64,000 nt of DNA from Macrostomum lignano (lineage: Eukaryota). The first letter of the stretch is position 1. Each line of letters starts with the position of its first letter. Positions 1 to 12,968 of the stretch are shown piece by piece. The translations under genes and the position numbers were made by a program. The stretch spans positions 13,987-77,986 of the forward strand of contig NIVC01002116.1 in the NCBI GenBank assembly GCA_002269645.1. Reading direction: 5' to 3'. The notes beneath the pieces were generated by a model that searched no databases, was not told where the DNA came from, and saw only the letters and a program-made list of their open reading frames with translations.

Positions 1-36
1 GTTGCTGGTGGACGGCCGGCTCTCCTCCAGGCCCAT
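1..36 (-). CDS. Possible start of a gene running off the left edge (MGLEESRPSTSN...)
   Basis: ATG at 36-34 on the minus strand in a GCC-ATG-G context, GC-rich codons to the window edge, and a TAG acceptor-like site at 53-51. Only 12 codons are visible. Confidence 0.25.
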   Translation of the reverse strand, partial: MGLEESRPSTSN

Positions 37-618
37 GGCTGGTCGCGGAACTATCCGAAATTCGAAATCCTACTTTAATTAATTACGCAGTCAGTGTTTC
101 GCTTCTCAATGAAGCCGAGGGCGTCCAGCATTCTCAACTTCTGAATATTTTCTCTTTTCCATCTACTGGAGTCCGCACTGGTCCATATGCATATACGCAT
201 CTTTTTCTACCCTTCATTGCTTTGAGAGCACAATAGTTATTCTGGGTGGGGGGAGGGATACAGATAGAAATAATTCTCAGCAGCTGTGCGGGGGCATGAA
301 TCTTTTCAGACAAAAAATGAAAGGCGAAGTAGTGGACTCGCCCAATCTAGTGTCAAACGCCGAACGGGGTTTGGCTGCGCAAAATCTAAGTATAGAACAA
401 CGTGGCAGCTGGTTGCACCCAGGTAAATGCCAGGTTCTAAAGCCAGTTCGAGACGGCTCAGGGCGGATTGAACTGGCTGTAAGACGCAGAGTACCGCGCT
501 GCCGCCGCTTGCACTAATGTTCAAGTGCGCACCGTGTGGCGTCTCCACCTGTCTGGCATTCAATCTCCTGGGGCTTTCTCTGCAGTGTTAGCACTGTGGC
601 TCAGGTTTTAACTGAGCT

Positions 619-1472
619 CGGACAATGGGGATTTGGAGAGGGGTTTCGGACAATGAGGATTCGGACAAATAAAGCTTCAGACAATGGGGATTCAGAGAGT
701 GGGGATTTGGAAAATGGGGATTCGGACAATAGCGATTCTGACAATGGGCATTCGGAGAGTGGGATTTCGGACAATAGGGATTCGGACAATGGGGAATCGG
801 ACAATGGGGAATCGGACAATGGGGATTCGAAGAATGGGGATTCGGACAATAGGGAATCGGACAATAGGGATTCGGACAATGGGAATTCAGAGAGTGGGAT
901 TTCGGACAATAGGGATTCGGACAATGGGGAATCGGGCAATAGGGATTCGAAGAATGGGGATTCGGACAATAGGGATTCGGACAATGGGCATTCGGAGAGT
1001 GGGATTTTGGACAATAGGGATTCGGACAATGGGGAATCGGACAATAGGGATTCGGACAATGGGAATTCAGAGAGTGGGATTTCGGACAATAGGGATTCGG
1101 ACAATGGGGAATCGGGCAATAGGGATTCGAAGAATGGGGATTCGGACAATAGGGATTCGGACAATGGGAATTCAGAGAGTGGGATTTCGGACAATAGGGA
1201 TTCGGACAATGGGGAATCGGGCAATAGGGATTCGAAGAATGTGGATTCGGACAATAGGGATTCGGACAATAGGGATTCGGACAATGGGCATTCGGAGAGT
1301 GGGATTTTGGACAATAGGGATTCGGATAATGGGGATTCGAAGAGTCGGGATTTCGGACAATGGGGAATCGGACAATGGGGATTTGGACAAAGGGGATTCA
1401 GACAAAGGGGATTCAGAGAGTGGGGATTCAGACAATGGGGATTCGGATAATGGGGATTCGAAGAGTCGGGAT
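619..1472. repeat. Minisatellite, 15-bp unit (GATTCGGACAATGGG-like) with higher-order periodicity
   Basis: Direct reading. The 60-nt blocks starting at 901 and 1081 are identical (180-bp higher-order repeat). It produces the spurious Ser/Asp-rich ORFs. Confidence 0.95.
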
Positions 1473-2149
1473 TCTCTACCTACCTATTGTACCGACTGTA
1501 CCTATTTCTCACTCTGTTAAAGCAGCCATATTAATTTATAGTTTTGGCATGTGTGAGATGCACCATCAAGCGCAGTCGCCTAGCATTGCTGGTAGCTCGA
1601 GGCATCATGCAGTAAATGAAGATAGAATATGAGTATATACAGAAATCTAGTAAAGAACTGGGACTCAATGCATGTACATTTTTGCAGGTTTTACATATAC
1701 ATATTCAGTCCCAGTAGTACATGGATCCTACATTCATACATTCAAGAGAACATGAGTGTTTGAATTTAAGTCTTTAAATACTAAGACAACAATCGCATTG
1801 CTGAAAATAGAAGATCTGGTTATTCTGAGCAAGAATGGATAAAGGAAGTCGCTTTTTACTGCCTAAATGAGACTTTAGTCAAACAAAACACGAGATTCCA
1901 TAGGCTTCCCATACAAACAAGCAGGAGCGATGCACAGTGTACAGTTCAAGTTCAGAGTACCAGATTGAAACAGGCTGTGTCTCATTTTGATTATCCATTT
2001 ATAGTCTATGGCTTATACCGTCTATGGCCATGTTTTCTTAGCGTCGCTCGTGCTGGCTTGTTTTGTATGGGAAGCATATGGAGTCTCGGTTTGATTCACC
2101 AAAGTCTCATTTAAATCCCCAAAACGATACTAGAAATGATGTTTTGAGG

Positions 2150-2482
2150 AGAGTATGAGGAATGGGGGAGAGAAGGGGAGAAGGGGAGAGAGGGAAGAGT
2201 CCTCAAACCTCAAAGCACTGATACGGTAACGCAGATGTTAAAGCAAAGTACCGATATTTCGAATATTGTATATTCTTTATCAGAAGTATTATAAACGCAA
2301 TTATTTTTAAACGAGTTGTTCTCCCATATAAAGGCGAGAAGTGAGAGGTGAGATAGAAGGAGAGAAGGGAGAGAAAGAGAGAAGGAGAGAAGGGAGAAGA
2401 AGAGAAAGAGAGAAGGAGAGAAGGGGAGAAAGAGGGAGAAAGAGAGAAAGAGAGAAGGGAGAAGGAAAGAAGGAAGAGGGGC
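2150..2482. repeat. Purine-rich (GA) low-complexity tracts just downstream of the TIR gene stop
   Basis: G/A-only runs at about 2150-2200 and 2340-2480. Confidence 0.85.
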
Positions 2483-2494
2483 TCCCCGCAGTCG

Positions 2495-4525
2495 TCAGGG
2501 CCGGCTGCTCCTGGCCAGGCTCTCCAGTGCGGTCACCAGGGCGGCCATGTCGTGCAGGCGGTCAAAGCTGAAGTATCGCTCCAGCAGGCGGCCGAAGAAC
2601 TCCGGCGACCGAGCCATGGCGCCCAGCAGGAAGCGCAGCTCGCGCCCAGTCAGCCGCATGTCGGCCACCTGGTGCGGCAGGCCGCACTCCGAGCACCAGC
2701 GGGCCACGCGGGCGGTGTCCCAGGCTTCGAAGTTGTCGGAGACTGCGGCAGCGGGAATGGTGGCGGCGGCGGTGGTGGGTGCGGAGGGCGCAGCTGCGAC
2801 TGTCCCACTTGCAGCGATGGGCGGCAGCGGCGGCACTGGCGTGGGCAGACGGTGCTGCTGGGGCGGGGGAGACTGCGCCTCCGCGGCATCCAGGCAGGAT
2901 TGAATGGCCGGCAGCAGCTGGGAGAATTTCTCCTCAAACGGGTACTTGGACTCGGTGAGGTCAAAGTACAGCTGCGTGCCAAGCAGCATCCCCAGCCAGC
3001 CTGTGGCCTTGTACTTCGGCTCCATCAGCACCGGGATCAGCTTCTTGCCGCACTTCCAGGCGTATTCCGCCTCTGGAAAACAGACAAGCGAGAGCGGCTT
3101 GATTTGCTGGACACTACTAGCAGGAGTGCTTTAAAGATTTTAGCTAACTTTTCCTATTTACACAGAAGCGTGGCCCAATTTAGTGAAAAGATGAGTAGAC
3201 AGGGGCTGGCTGATTGACATCAGAGACGGAGTGAATCACAAAGAGTTGACCCGGAAGCGAGTGAACCACAATGAGTTGACCCGGAAGCGAGTGAACCACA
3301 ATGAGTTCACCCGGAAACGAGTGAACCACAATGAGTTCACCCGGAAGCGAGTGAATCACAATGAGTTCACCCGGAAACGAGTGAACCACAATGAGTTCAC
3401 CCGGAAGCGAGTGAATCACAATGAGTTCACCCGGAAACGAGTGAATCACAATGAGTTCACCCGGAAGCGAGTGAATCACAATGAGTTCACCCGGTAGGGA
3501 GTGAACCACAATGAGTTCACCCGGAAACGAGTGAACCACAATGAGTTCACCCGGAAACGAGTGAACCACAATGAGTTCACCCGGAAGCGAGTGAATCACA
3601 ATGAGTTCACCCGGAAACGAGTGAACCACAATGAGTTCACCCGGAAACGAGTGAACCACAATGAGTTCACCCGGAAGCGAGTGAATCACAATGAGTTCAC
3701 CCGGAAACGAGTGAATCACAATGAGTTCATCAGGAAGGGAGTGAATCACAATGAGTTCACCCGGTAGGGAGTGAATCACAAAGAGTTGACCCGGAAGGGA
3801 GTGAATCACAAAGAGTTGACCCGGAAGGGAGTGAATCACAATGAGTTCACCCGGAAGGGAGTGAATCACAAAGAGTTGACCCGGAAGGGAGTGAATCACA
3901 ATGAGTTCACCCGGAAGGGAGTGAATCACAAAGAGTTGACCCGGAAGGGAGAGTGAATCACAAAGAGTTGACCCGGTAGGGAGTGAATCACAATGAGTTC
4001 ACCCGGAAGGGAGTGAATCACAAAGAGTTCACCCGGAAGGGAGTGAATCACAATGAGTTCACCCGGAAGGGAGTGAATCACAATGAGTTCACCCGGAAGG
4101 GAGTGAATCACAATGGAAAAGCACTACAGCCCAGTGAACTATTGACAAAAGCACACAGACAGGTTGGCGGCACCCACCCAGCCTGCAGTTGTTACTCTCT
4201 TTGTACAGCCGGGTCACGCACAGCAGCACAACCAGAGAGCTCTCGACCGCTGCAGACATGGCATCCAGAGTGGAGCCCTCCTTCAGGTGTTTGAAATCTA
4301 CCCAGACGTCTAAGTGACTCTCACACAGGCGGCCGTGCAGCCTCTCCACCTGCTGTTTGCTGGCGTGATTGTAGCTGATCATGACCCGACGGTACCGCCG
4401 CGCCGGCTCGCGGCCTCGCCGCCGGATCGCTGGCCGCCCAGGAGGCGGAAGGCCAGGCCGTTCAGCTGTCGGGAGCTGCTCCACCGCTCCACTGACTGAA
4501 GGCGCTCGATGTGCCCCCTGTGAAG

Positions 4526-4560
<35 letters not shown>

Positions 4561-4670
4561 TAGATAGCGAGAAAGAGCGAGCGAAGCGAGCTCTTTCGAG
4601 CTTGCTTGCCGCAGCCAATCAAGCTGAAAGCACGCACACAAGATCACCGGAAACGATTAAGGCAGCTGGA

Positions 4671-4704
<34 letters not shown>

Positions 4705-6870
4705 TCTTTCACCTGAACTCCGTCTTGATGCGCTCGGCCGCTCGCTGGCTGAAGCTCAGCGTGAACAGAATCTCCAGGCCCTCCTGTACGTCCTGAGCCT
4801 CCGGGCTGTCCAGCATCAGCTTGACTACAGACAGCACGTTCAGCTCTACCAGCAGGTCTTTGTTCGCGTCGTTTAAGGCCAGCCGGTTGATGCCTTGAGT
4901 GAATGAGACAGTTTTGCTTGACCTGGGTGCTCGTATTCTTCCGGTATCTGCAGTTCCATCTGCCATCGACTTCACTCTACCCTTTTAAACTATTCTCTTA
5001 ATTCCGTGAGACCTTTTCACTTCAACTCTCGATTCTATTCTACCCTGATGCTGTTCTGAGCTGTCCAGCGATTCACACGCATGAGAGCCAACCCTAAGCA
5101 CACAGAGTGTACGTGCCTGACGATTAGAAAGTCTTGGCCCGCTGTACACCCAGTGTGAAGTGTATGGAAGACCATATCACCGAAGGCCTATTATTATAGT
5201 ACTCAACACGCCAGCGTCCCAAGCACCCCCAGCTCACACTTGGACATCTCCGCCACCGAGTAGCCGTCGCAGGCCCGCTCCGGAGCCTTCAGTCCCAGCC
5301 GCAGGATGCTGATCAGGTAGTTGATGCTTTTCTTGGCGCCCAGAAAGATCTCAGCCTGACTGTCGCCAACCGCGAAAGCGATAAATATCAAAGCGGTAGC
5401 CTGCGGGCGCGCGGTTTTGGGGTTCAGTGCGCCTGATCGGTACTACTCGCAGTAGGAAGGGAGAGGGGAGGGAGGAAGGGAGAGGGGAGGAAGGAAGGGA
5501 GAGGGGAGGGAGAAAGGGAGAGGGGAGGAAGGGAGGGGGAGGGAGGAAGGGAGAGGGGAGGAAGGGAGAGGGGAGGAAGGGAGAGGGGAGGAAGGAAGGG
5601 AGAGGGGAGGTAGGAAGGGAGAGGGGAGGAAGGAAGGGAGAGAGGAGTGAGGAAGGGAGGGGGGAGGAAGGAAGGGAGAGGGGAGGGAGGAAGGGAGAGG
5701 GGAGGAAGGAAGGGAGAGGGGAGGGAGGAAGGGAGAGGGGAGGAAGGAAGGGAGAGGGGAGGGAGGAAGGGAGAGGGGAGGAAGGGAGAGGGGAGGAAGG
5801 AAGGGAGAGGGGAGGTAGGAAGGGAGAGGGGAGGAAGGAAGGGAGAGAGGAGTGAGGAAGGGAGTGGGAGGAAGGAAGGGAGAGGGAGGGAGGAAGGGAG
5901 AGGGGAGGAAGGGAGGGGAGGGAGGAAGGGAGAGGGGAGGAAGGGAGAGGGGAGGAAGGGAGAGGGGAGGAAGGAAGGGAGAGGGGAGGTAGGAAGGGAG
6001 AGGGGAGGAAGGAAGGGAGAGGGAGTGAGGAAGGGAGGGGGGAGGGAGGAAGGGAGGGGGGAGGGAGGAAGGGAGAGGGAAGGAAGGGAGGAAGGAAGGG
6101 AGAGGGGAGGAAGGAGATATGGAGGGCAAATGAAGGAAAGGTTAGGAATAAACCGACAGCAAGTGAGAGGAATGAAAATGAAAGAGAATGAACACAAAGA
6201 GCAACTAAAAGGTCTGAGCGGTGCTCACCGACACCCTGGTGACAGGGCTGACCAGGTAGGGCTTGGCGCTATCCACCATGCCGGGGAACTCAGCCAGCCT
6301 TCGGTACAGCTCCGAGTCATTCTTAAAGTACATGTTGTAGCCGATTCCGAGAGCGCACTCGACCAGGGAGGCCGTGTTCAGCTCCAGCATCTGGCCTCCG
6401 TCCTGCGCGTTGAGCAGGTCGGGAAAATATGAGCGAAAGAATTTGTCCTGGCTTTTGGCGAATTGCAGGCAAAACTCCAGCGACCTGTCTGTGCAGTTGA
6501 GCAGGCAGAGCAGGACTCGAACTGCCAGATCGTCGTAAGCGCCTCTCAAGCGGAGCAGCGTCAGCAGCAGGTCCACCAGGCTGGTCACCAGGCCGGAGTC
6601 CAGCATCTCCTGCTCGACAGTCCGCAAGTCGGCCTTCAGCTCCGGCTTCCACTTGGTGCCGTGCGAGCTCATCATCCAGTTGAGCTGGCTGAAACTGCGC
6701 GACAGTCGGCCAGCGGCGCCAGCATCCGCAGCGCCATCAGGCGCCGCAACGAAGGCAGCCAGGTCGGAGCCGATCTCCGACAGGCACCGGCGGCAGGCCT
6801 CCAGCGAGAAGTCCGGCTCGCTATGGGCTGCGGCCGCAGCCTTGGAGACGGACTTGGAGCGGCGCTGCAT
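2495..6870 (-). CDS. ARM-repeat / TIR (TIR_2-type) / C-terminal SAM-like protein, 5 exons, about 634 aa if a 1-nt deletion in exon 4 is corrected
   Basis: Exons 6870-6229, 5400-5238, 4893-4713, 4517-4178 and 3072-2495, all with GT-AG boundaries. ARM-like helices (CINRLALNDANKDLLVELNVLSVVKLML). TIR motifs VMISYNH...VWVD...LDAMSAAVESS..VLLCVT..YKESNNCRLEAEYA....KKLIPVLME....GWLG. SAM-like tail (WDTARVARWC...LTGRELRFL). Exon 4 is one base short of phase continuity. Confidence 0.85.
3226..4113. repeat. Intronic minisatellite, 30-bp unit GTGAA(C/T)CACAATGAGTTCACCCGGAAGCGA with an internal hairpin (TIR gene intron 4)
   Basis: About 29 head-to-tail copies with no spacers. GTGAAC/GTTCAC stem in each unit. 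Confidence 0.95.
4524..4704. repeat. Two (GATA)n microsatellites in TIR gene intron 3
   Basis: Runs at about 4524-4566 and 4670-4704. Confidence 0.9.
5087..5165 (+). mobile_element. SINE body fragment (same family as 25440-25712)
   Basis: GCCAACCC...AGTGTAC.TGCCT.ACGAT...AAAGTC...CCGCTGTACAC aligns by eye with the reverse complement of about 25505-25585. Confidence 0.6.
5452..6118. repeat. Polypurine GGAAGGGAGAGGGGA-type array (TIR gene intron 1)
   Basis: About 670 bp of almost pure G/A. Confidence 0.95.
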
Positions 6871-7298
6871 GACAGTCAGTTTGGCTGAGCTCACTGCTCT
6901 CTGCGCATGGAGTGCCAAGAGTGCGGCTCCGGAGCCAAAGTAGCAGCTCACCTGTTCAGCTTGCCGCTCTCTCGCCCAGCAGCTTAGAGCAGTGCTCACA
7001 GGGGCAGGGGTGTACGCACAGGCTCTGCGTACACTGTGAGCAGTCCAGTGCTATCTATCACCTATTTGTTTCTGAAAGGAATTCTTTTCAGTGTACACTG
7101 CAGTTTAGAAGCAGCCCTATACTCGCATGCTATCCACGCCGTACAATCGCTTCGTTGTCATGACTACGAGCGTACCTGCATGGCTTGAAAAGCAGGCAAT
7201 GTACAATCCGAGGATAGACTTAGGAGTAGGTCGTGAGACTCTACTTATAGTAGGCCAGTATGGCGTACAGTACACGTCGTCAATCTAGTATTGCGTCC

Positions 7299-8526
7299 TC
7301 AAAGTGGACACTTCTCAAAGCAGACACTTCTCAAAGCGGACACTTCTCCAAAGCAACCACTTGTCAAAGCAGACAATTATCAAAGCAGACAATTGTCAAA
7401 GCAGACAATTATCAAAGCAGACACTTCTCAAAGCGGACACTTCTCAAAGCGGACGCTTCTCAAAGCGGACACTTCTCTAAAGCAGACAATTGTCAAAGCA
7501 GACACTTCTCAAAGCAACCACTTCCCAAAGCAGACAATTGTCAAAGCAGACACTTCTCAAAGCAGACACTTCTCAAAGCAGACACTTCCCAAAGCAGACA
7601 ATTGTCAAAGCAGATACTTCTCAAAGCGGACACTTCTCCAAAGCAACCACTTGTCAAAGCAGACAATTGTCAAAGCAGACAATTGTCAAAGCAGACAATT
7701 ATCAAAGCGGACGCTTCTCAAAGCAACCACTTCCCAAAGCAGACAATTGTCAAAGCAGACACTTCTCAAAGCAGACACTTCTCAAAGCAGACACTTCTCA
7801 AAGCAAGCACTTCCCAAAGCAGACAATTGTCAAAGCAGACACTTCTCAAAGCAGACACTTCTCAAAGCAAGCACTTCCCAAAGCAGACAATTGTCAAAGC
7901 AGACACTTCTCAAAGCAGACACTTCTCAAAGCAGACACTTCCCAAAGCAGACAATTGTCAAAGCAGATACTTCTCAAAGCGGACACTTCTCCAAAGCAAC
8001 CACTTGTCAAAGCAGACAATTGTCAAAGCAGACAATTGTCAAAGCAGACAATTATCAAAGCAGACAATTGTCAAAGCAGACAATTGTCAAAGCAGACAAT
8101 TATCAAAGCAGACAATTGTCAAAGCAGACAATTATCAAAGCAACCACTTCCCAAAGCAGACAATTGTCAAAGCAGACACTTCTCAAAGCGGACACTTCTC
8201 AAAGCGGACGCTTCTCAAAGCGGACACTTCTCTAAAGCAGACAATTGTCAAAGCAGACAATTGTCAAAGCAGACACTTCTCAAAGCAACCACTTCCCAAA
8301 GCAGACAATTGTCAAAGCAGACACTTCTCAAAGCAACCACTTCCCAAAGCAGACAATTGTCAAAGCAGACACTTATCAAAGCGGACACTTCTCCAAAGCA
8401 ACCACTTCCCAAAGCAGACAATTGTCAAAGCAGACACTTCTCAAAGCGGACACTTCTCCAAAGCAACCACTTCCCAAAGCAGACAATTGTCAAAGCAGAC
8501 ACTAAACAAAGCAGACACTTGTCAAA
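7299..8526. repeat. Intergenic minisatellite, about 16-bp units CAAAGCAGACACTTCT / CAAAGCAGACAATTGT
   Basis: Mixed variant units. The GACAATTGTC palindrome recurs. Confidence 0.95.
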
Positions 8527-9216
8527 GATCTAAAGGTTCACACCAGCAAATGAATTGCGGCTGGGACTTATACAAGTACAAGAAAAAATGACTAAAGCTG
8601 AAGCAGAGCTCACCATTGACATTTTTTGCATTCATAATTTATGAGCAAAGTCTTTACTCGTCTCTACACGACGAGATAACTGAGAGTTCTCGCAGATATA
8701 TTCTCGACTACAATACATTTAGCAAGCAATGCACAAGAGAATAACCATTATCACTAGGCAGCAAAAACGCAAATTATTTTCTCTAGGTCCTAGTAGAGTT
8801 GCCCAGTTACATCGTTCTTTCAAATAATAATCAATCGAAATTTCCAAGGCAAGCAGACGTGAAACTCTGGATCTACTTGGCTAAAAATCTATGGATGATA
8901 AACCGACATGCAGGATTTAATAGCGACTAGAATTAAATCCCAGATCAGGCTCTGACGGAGGCAGGACTAAATTAGTAATTCATAAATTTAAAAGCATTTG
9001 GCAGGACGCTCGTATCTTCGGTTTTCCTAGGGTTCAGTTTAAAAATGTGGATCTGAACTTTGGGCTGGGCCAGAATAGCAAATATTAGGTAAAATACGAG
9101 TGCAGCGCAGACGCACCTGTACATGTTGAATTGCAGCTCATGTGCAAGTTGCATTGTACCCGCACTGATTCTATTTCCACATAGAAACATCACAGATCGG
9201 AAAAAAGCGTGCAACT

Positions 9217-9357
9217 GACAGGCAGACAGGCCATACAGACAGACAGACAGATAGGCAGATGCAGGCTTGAAATGAGGAGACACTGAGACAGATAGAGATT
9301 TAACTGGTAGGCACAGGCATCAGACAGACCGACAGACAGACAGACAGACGGACACTA

Positions 9358-9426
<69 letters not shown>

Positions 9427-9441
9427 CTAAGACAGACAGGC

Positions 9442-9516
<75 letters not shown>

Positions 9517-9565
9517 GCAGGCAGACAGACAGACAGGCAGACAGACAGACAGACAGACAGCAGGC

Positions 9566-9602
<37 letters not shown>

Positions 9603-9659
9603 GCAGGCAGACAGACAGACAGACAGGCAGACAGACAGACAGACAGACAGACAGCAGGC

Positions 9660-9696
<37 letters not shown>

Positions 9697-9718
9697 GCAG
9701 GCAGACAGACAGACAGGC

Positions 9719-9797
<79 letters not shown>

Positions 9798-9845
9798 GAG
9801 ACAGACAGACAGACAGGCAGACAGACAGACAGACAGACAGCAGGC

Positions 9846-9886
<41 letters not shown>

Positions 9887-9888
9887 GC

Positions 9889-9943
<55 letters not shown>

Positions 9944-10000
9944 TAGAAAGACAGACAGACAGACAGACAGACACAGACAGACAGCAGGCAGGCAGCAGAT
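9217..10000. repeat. (CAGA)n microsatellite just downstream of the DNAJB stop codon
   Basis: Direct reading. Confidence 0.95.
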
Positions 10001-10088
10001 AGGCGCGCATTGCACTATAATAGCGGTACAAAATTCGTGCTCGGGAGAGGGCAGAGCTCAGAGAGAAGGGCGGGCGGCCCAAAGACAG

Positions 10089-12781
10089 TCAGCCGCCGTA
10101 CCGGTTCAGCATATCGCAGTGCGGAGTAGTCAGCTTGGACGCGATAGCATAAGCTTCTTTGTTGTGGTAATATTTTGCCCGGAATTGCATGGACTCCTCT
10201 GGAAGCAGAAATGACACAAACGATAGTTGTCTAGTCGGTAGCTAGCTAGCTTTGCAATAATCATCAACAAAAAGGCAGAACAAAGGCTAAGAGGACTCAC
10301 TGTAGCTGCGCTCCCTGTAGCACTTGACTCGCAATGTGTGAAAAAAGTCGTCTTCGATCTCGGCCTCCAGTTGGCCCAGATTGCCAGTGAATTCCGAGCG
10401 AAAATTCGGCTTCACATAGTAAGGCACCTTGCTGTGCCGAGTGTGCCGCACGTCCGAGTAGGCGCTGCGGGATTGACAGGTGCGAGCTCAAGAGTTAAAT
10501 CCCTGCTCATGCTTACACTAAGGGATCTGGGGCAGGGAAGCCTGAAGGATCGGAGGGAGGGCAGCCTGAAGGATCGGGGGAAGGCAACCTGAAGGATCGG
10601 GGGTAGGCAACCTGAAGGATCGGGGGTAGGCAACCTGAAGGATCGGGGGAGGCCGGGAGGGCAACCGGAAGGATCAGGGGAGGACACCCTGAAGGATCGG
10701 GAAAGGGCACCCTGAAGGATCAGGGGGAGGACACCCTGAAGGATTGGGGGAGGACACCCTGAAGGATCAGGGGGAGGACACCCTGAAGGATCAGGGGAGG
10801 ATACCCTGAAGGATCAGGGGGAGGACGCCCTGAAGGATCGGGGGAGGACACCCTGAAGGATCAGGGGAGGACACCCTGAAGGATCAGGTGGAGGACGCCC
10901 TGAAGGATCAGGGGGAGGACGCCCTGAAGGATCAGGGGGAGGACACCCTAAAGGATCAGGGGAGGACACCCTGAAGGATCAGGGGGAGGACGCCCTGAAG
11001 GATCAGGGGGAGGACACCCTGAAGGATCAGGGGAGGACACCCTGAAGGATCAGGGGAGGACGCCCTGAAGGATCGGGGGGAAGGCAACCTGAAAGCAGCA
11101 AAGCAGAAGACTTACTTGTTAGCGGACAGGCTGTACCAGGGGTCGCGGTGCATGAGGCCGGACAGCACGGACATGAGCATGAGCAGGAAGATGGGTGCAA
11201 ACTGCAGCAGCATTGAATAAACATTGCGACCGGCCGCTTCGCCAGCCTGGCCGCCGTCGTGCCGTTGATGCCGCCGGGCCCGCCGCTGCCGCATCTCGTA
11301 GGTCGGAAAGCCGCCGCCGAAGAACATGTTGAAAATTTCTTCTGGCGACACGTCGGCCTCGAATCCGCGCGAATAATCGTCGTAATAGTAGCCTCTGCCG
11401 TTGCTATGACGACGCGTTGCCTGCTGCTCCTCTTCTGAGCCGTACATATCGTAGCGCTGCCGCTTGGCGGGGTCGGCCAGGACGCTATAGGCGTTTCCAA
11501 TTGCCTTAAATGCTTCCTGGGCGCCGGGCGCCTTATTCTTATCCGGGTGAAACTTCAGCGCCAGCTTTCGATACGATCGCTTCAGATCGTCATCTGTGGC
11601 GTCCTTGGCAACGCCCAGGATCTCGTAGTAGTCTTTGGCCTGGCAGGGCATGCAGGAAACATTATTCAGTACATAGTAAATTAGGGAGTACGTTTGTACT
11701 CTACAACTACCGCAAGTTCTCGAGCACATTTGTCAAGCATGGGAGACACTTCTCAAGCATGGCAGACATTTCTCAAGCATGACAGACATTTCTCCAGCAT
11801 GACAGACATTTCTCAAGCATGGCAGACATTTCTCAAGCATGACAGACATTTCTCCAGCATGACAGACATTTCTCAAGCATGACAGACATTTCCCAAGCAT
11901 GACAAACATTCCTCAATTATGGGAGACATTTCTCAAGCACGAGAGACATTTCTCAAGCATGACAGACATTTCTCAAGCATGACAGACATTTCTCAAGCAT
12001 GACAGACATTTCTCAAGCAACACATACATTTTTTAATTATGGAAGACATTTCTCAAGTATGGGAGACATTTCTCAATTATGGGAGACATTTCTCAAGCAC
12101 GAGAGACATTTCTCAAGCACGAGAGACATTTCTCAAGCATGACAGACATTTCTCAAGCAACACATACATTTTTCAATTATGGAAGACATTTCTCAAGCAT
12201 GACAGACATTTCTCAAGCAACACATACATTTTTCAATTATGGAAGACATTTCTCAAGCATGACAGACATTTCTCAAGCAACACATACATTTTTCAATTAT
12301 GGAAGACATTTCTCAAGCATGACAGACATTTCTCAAGCATGACAGACATTTCTCAAGCATGACAGACATTTCCTTAAGCATGACAGACATTTCCCAAGCA
12401 TCGCAGACATTTCTCCAGGCCCGGAGGCTCTGCTCAATAAATGTCTCAAATCACCTTGCGGATCCGCGCCACCCCGCTGGCCTGCTCCTCAGTAAACTGC
12501 CGCTCAGGATGGCCGCTGCCGCTGCTGGTCCGGCGCCTTCGGGCACCTCCATCGTCGTCCTGCGCATTCGACTGTCGCCCTCCCTGTCCACCGTGCGAGC
12601 CGCTGTTGCTAAGCAACTGTTCCAACAGACGCTTGGCCTCCGGACAGCCGTCGACAGCGTCTAAACGGCAGGCTTTGCGCAGCAGCCGCTCTGCTTTTTC
12701 CGCGTCACCAGAAGCCAGCGCGGTCTTGGCGATGCCCAGACAGCGAAGGCTCTCCTCCCGGTTGGCGCTGGTGTCGGCCAT
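10089..12781 (-). CDS. DNAJB12: DnaJ homolog subfamily B member 12/14 (ER membrane J-protein), 4 exons, 374 aa
   Basis: Exons 12781-12455, 11639-11116, 10464-10301 and 10198-10089 splice in phase. N-terminal NREES.RCL motif, J-domain with HPD ([27 protein letters not shown]), [17 protein letters not shown], a TM segment, and a DUF1977-like C-terminus (KVPYYVK...[17 protein letters not shown]). Could equally be DNAJB14. Confidence 0.95.
10521..11093. repeat. Intronic minisatellite, 24-25-bp unit GAAGGATCAGGGGGAGGACACCCT (DNAJB intron 2)
   Basis: Direct reading. Confidence 0.95.
11727..12415. repeat. Intronic minisatellite, 20-bp unit TTCTCAAGCATGACAGACAT (DNAJB intron 1)
   Basis: Direct reading, with a 60-bp higher-order block at 12121-12300. 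Confidence 0.95.
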
Positions 12782-12968
12782 GGCTCAATGAAGACAGCTG
12801 GTGCCGGCTCTGCTGCTTCTGCTCTACTGCTTTGTTTGTTTTGCTTGCTTCTCTTCTAGTCTTCTCTACCGATCTGAGCTAAAACCAGTTTGCCTCACCT
12901 TTCGAATGGCTAAGTGCATGCATATTATGGCAGTTAGTACTGTATAGGTAATGTTTTAGGACATGAAA

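Noticed and set aside
296-563. Short ORFs on both strands near the left edge
   Set aside because: No recognisable motif and no convincing splice sites.
536-1450. Ser/Asp-rich ORF resembling dentin sialophosphoprotein or a biomineralisation protein
   Set aside because: It is the translation of a 15-bp minisatellite. Several frames on both strands are open, and there is no signal peptide or splice context.
3226-4113. CRISPR-like 30-bp palindromic repeat
   Set aside because: Units are head-to-tail with no unique spacers, there are no cas genes, and it lies inside a eukaryotic intron.
7260-8591. Long K/Q/S/T-rich ORFs in all three + frames
   Set aside because: Product of the 16-bp array.
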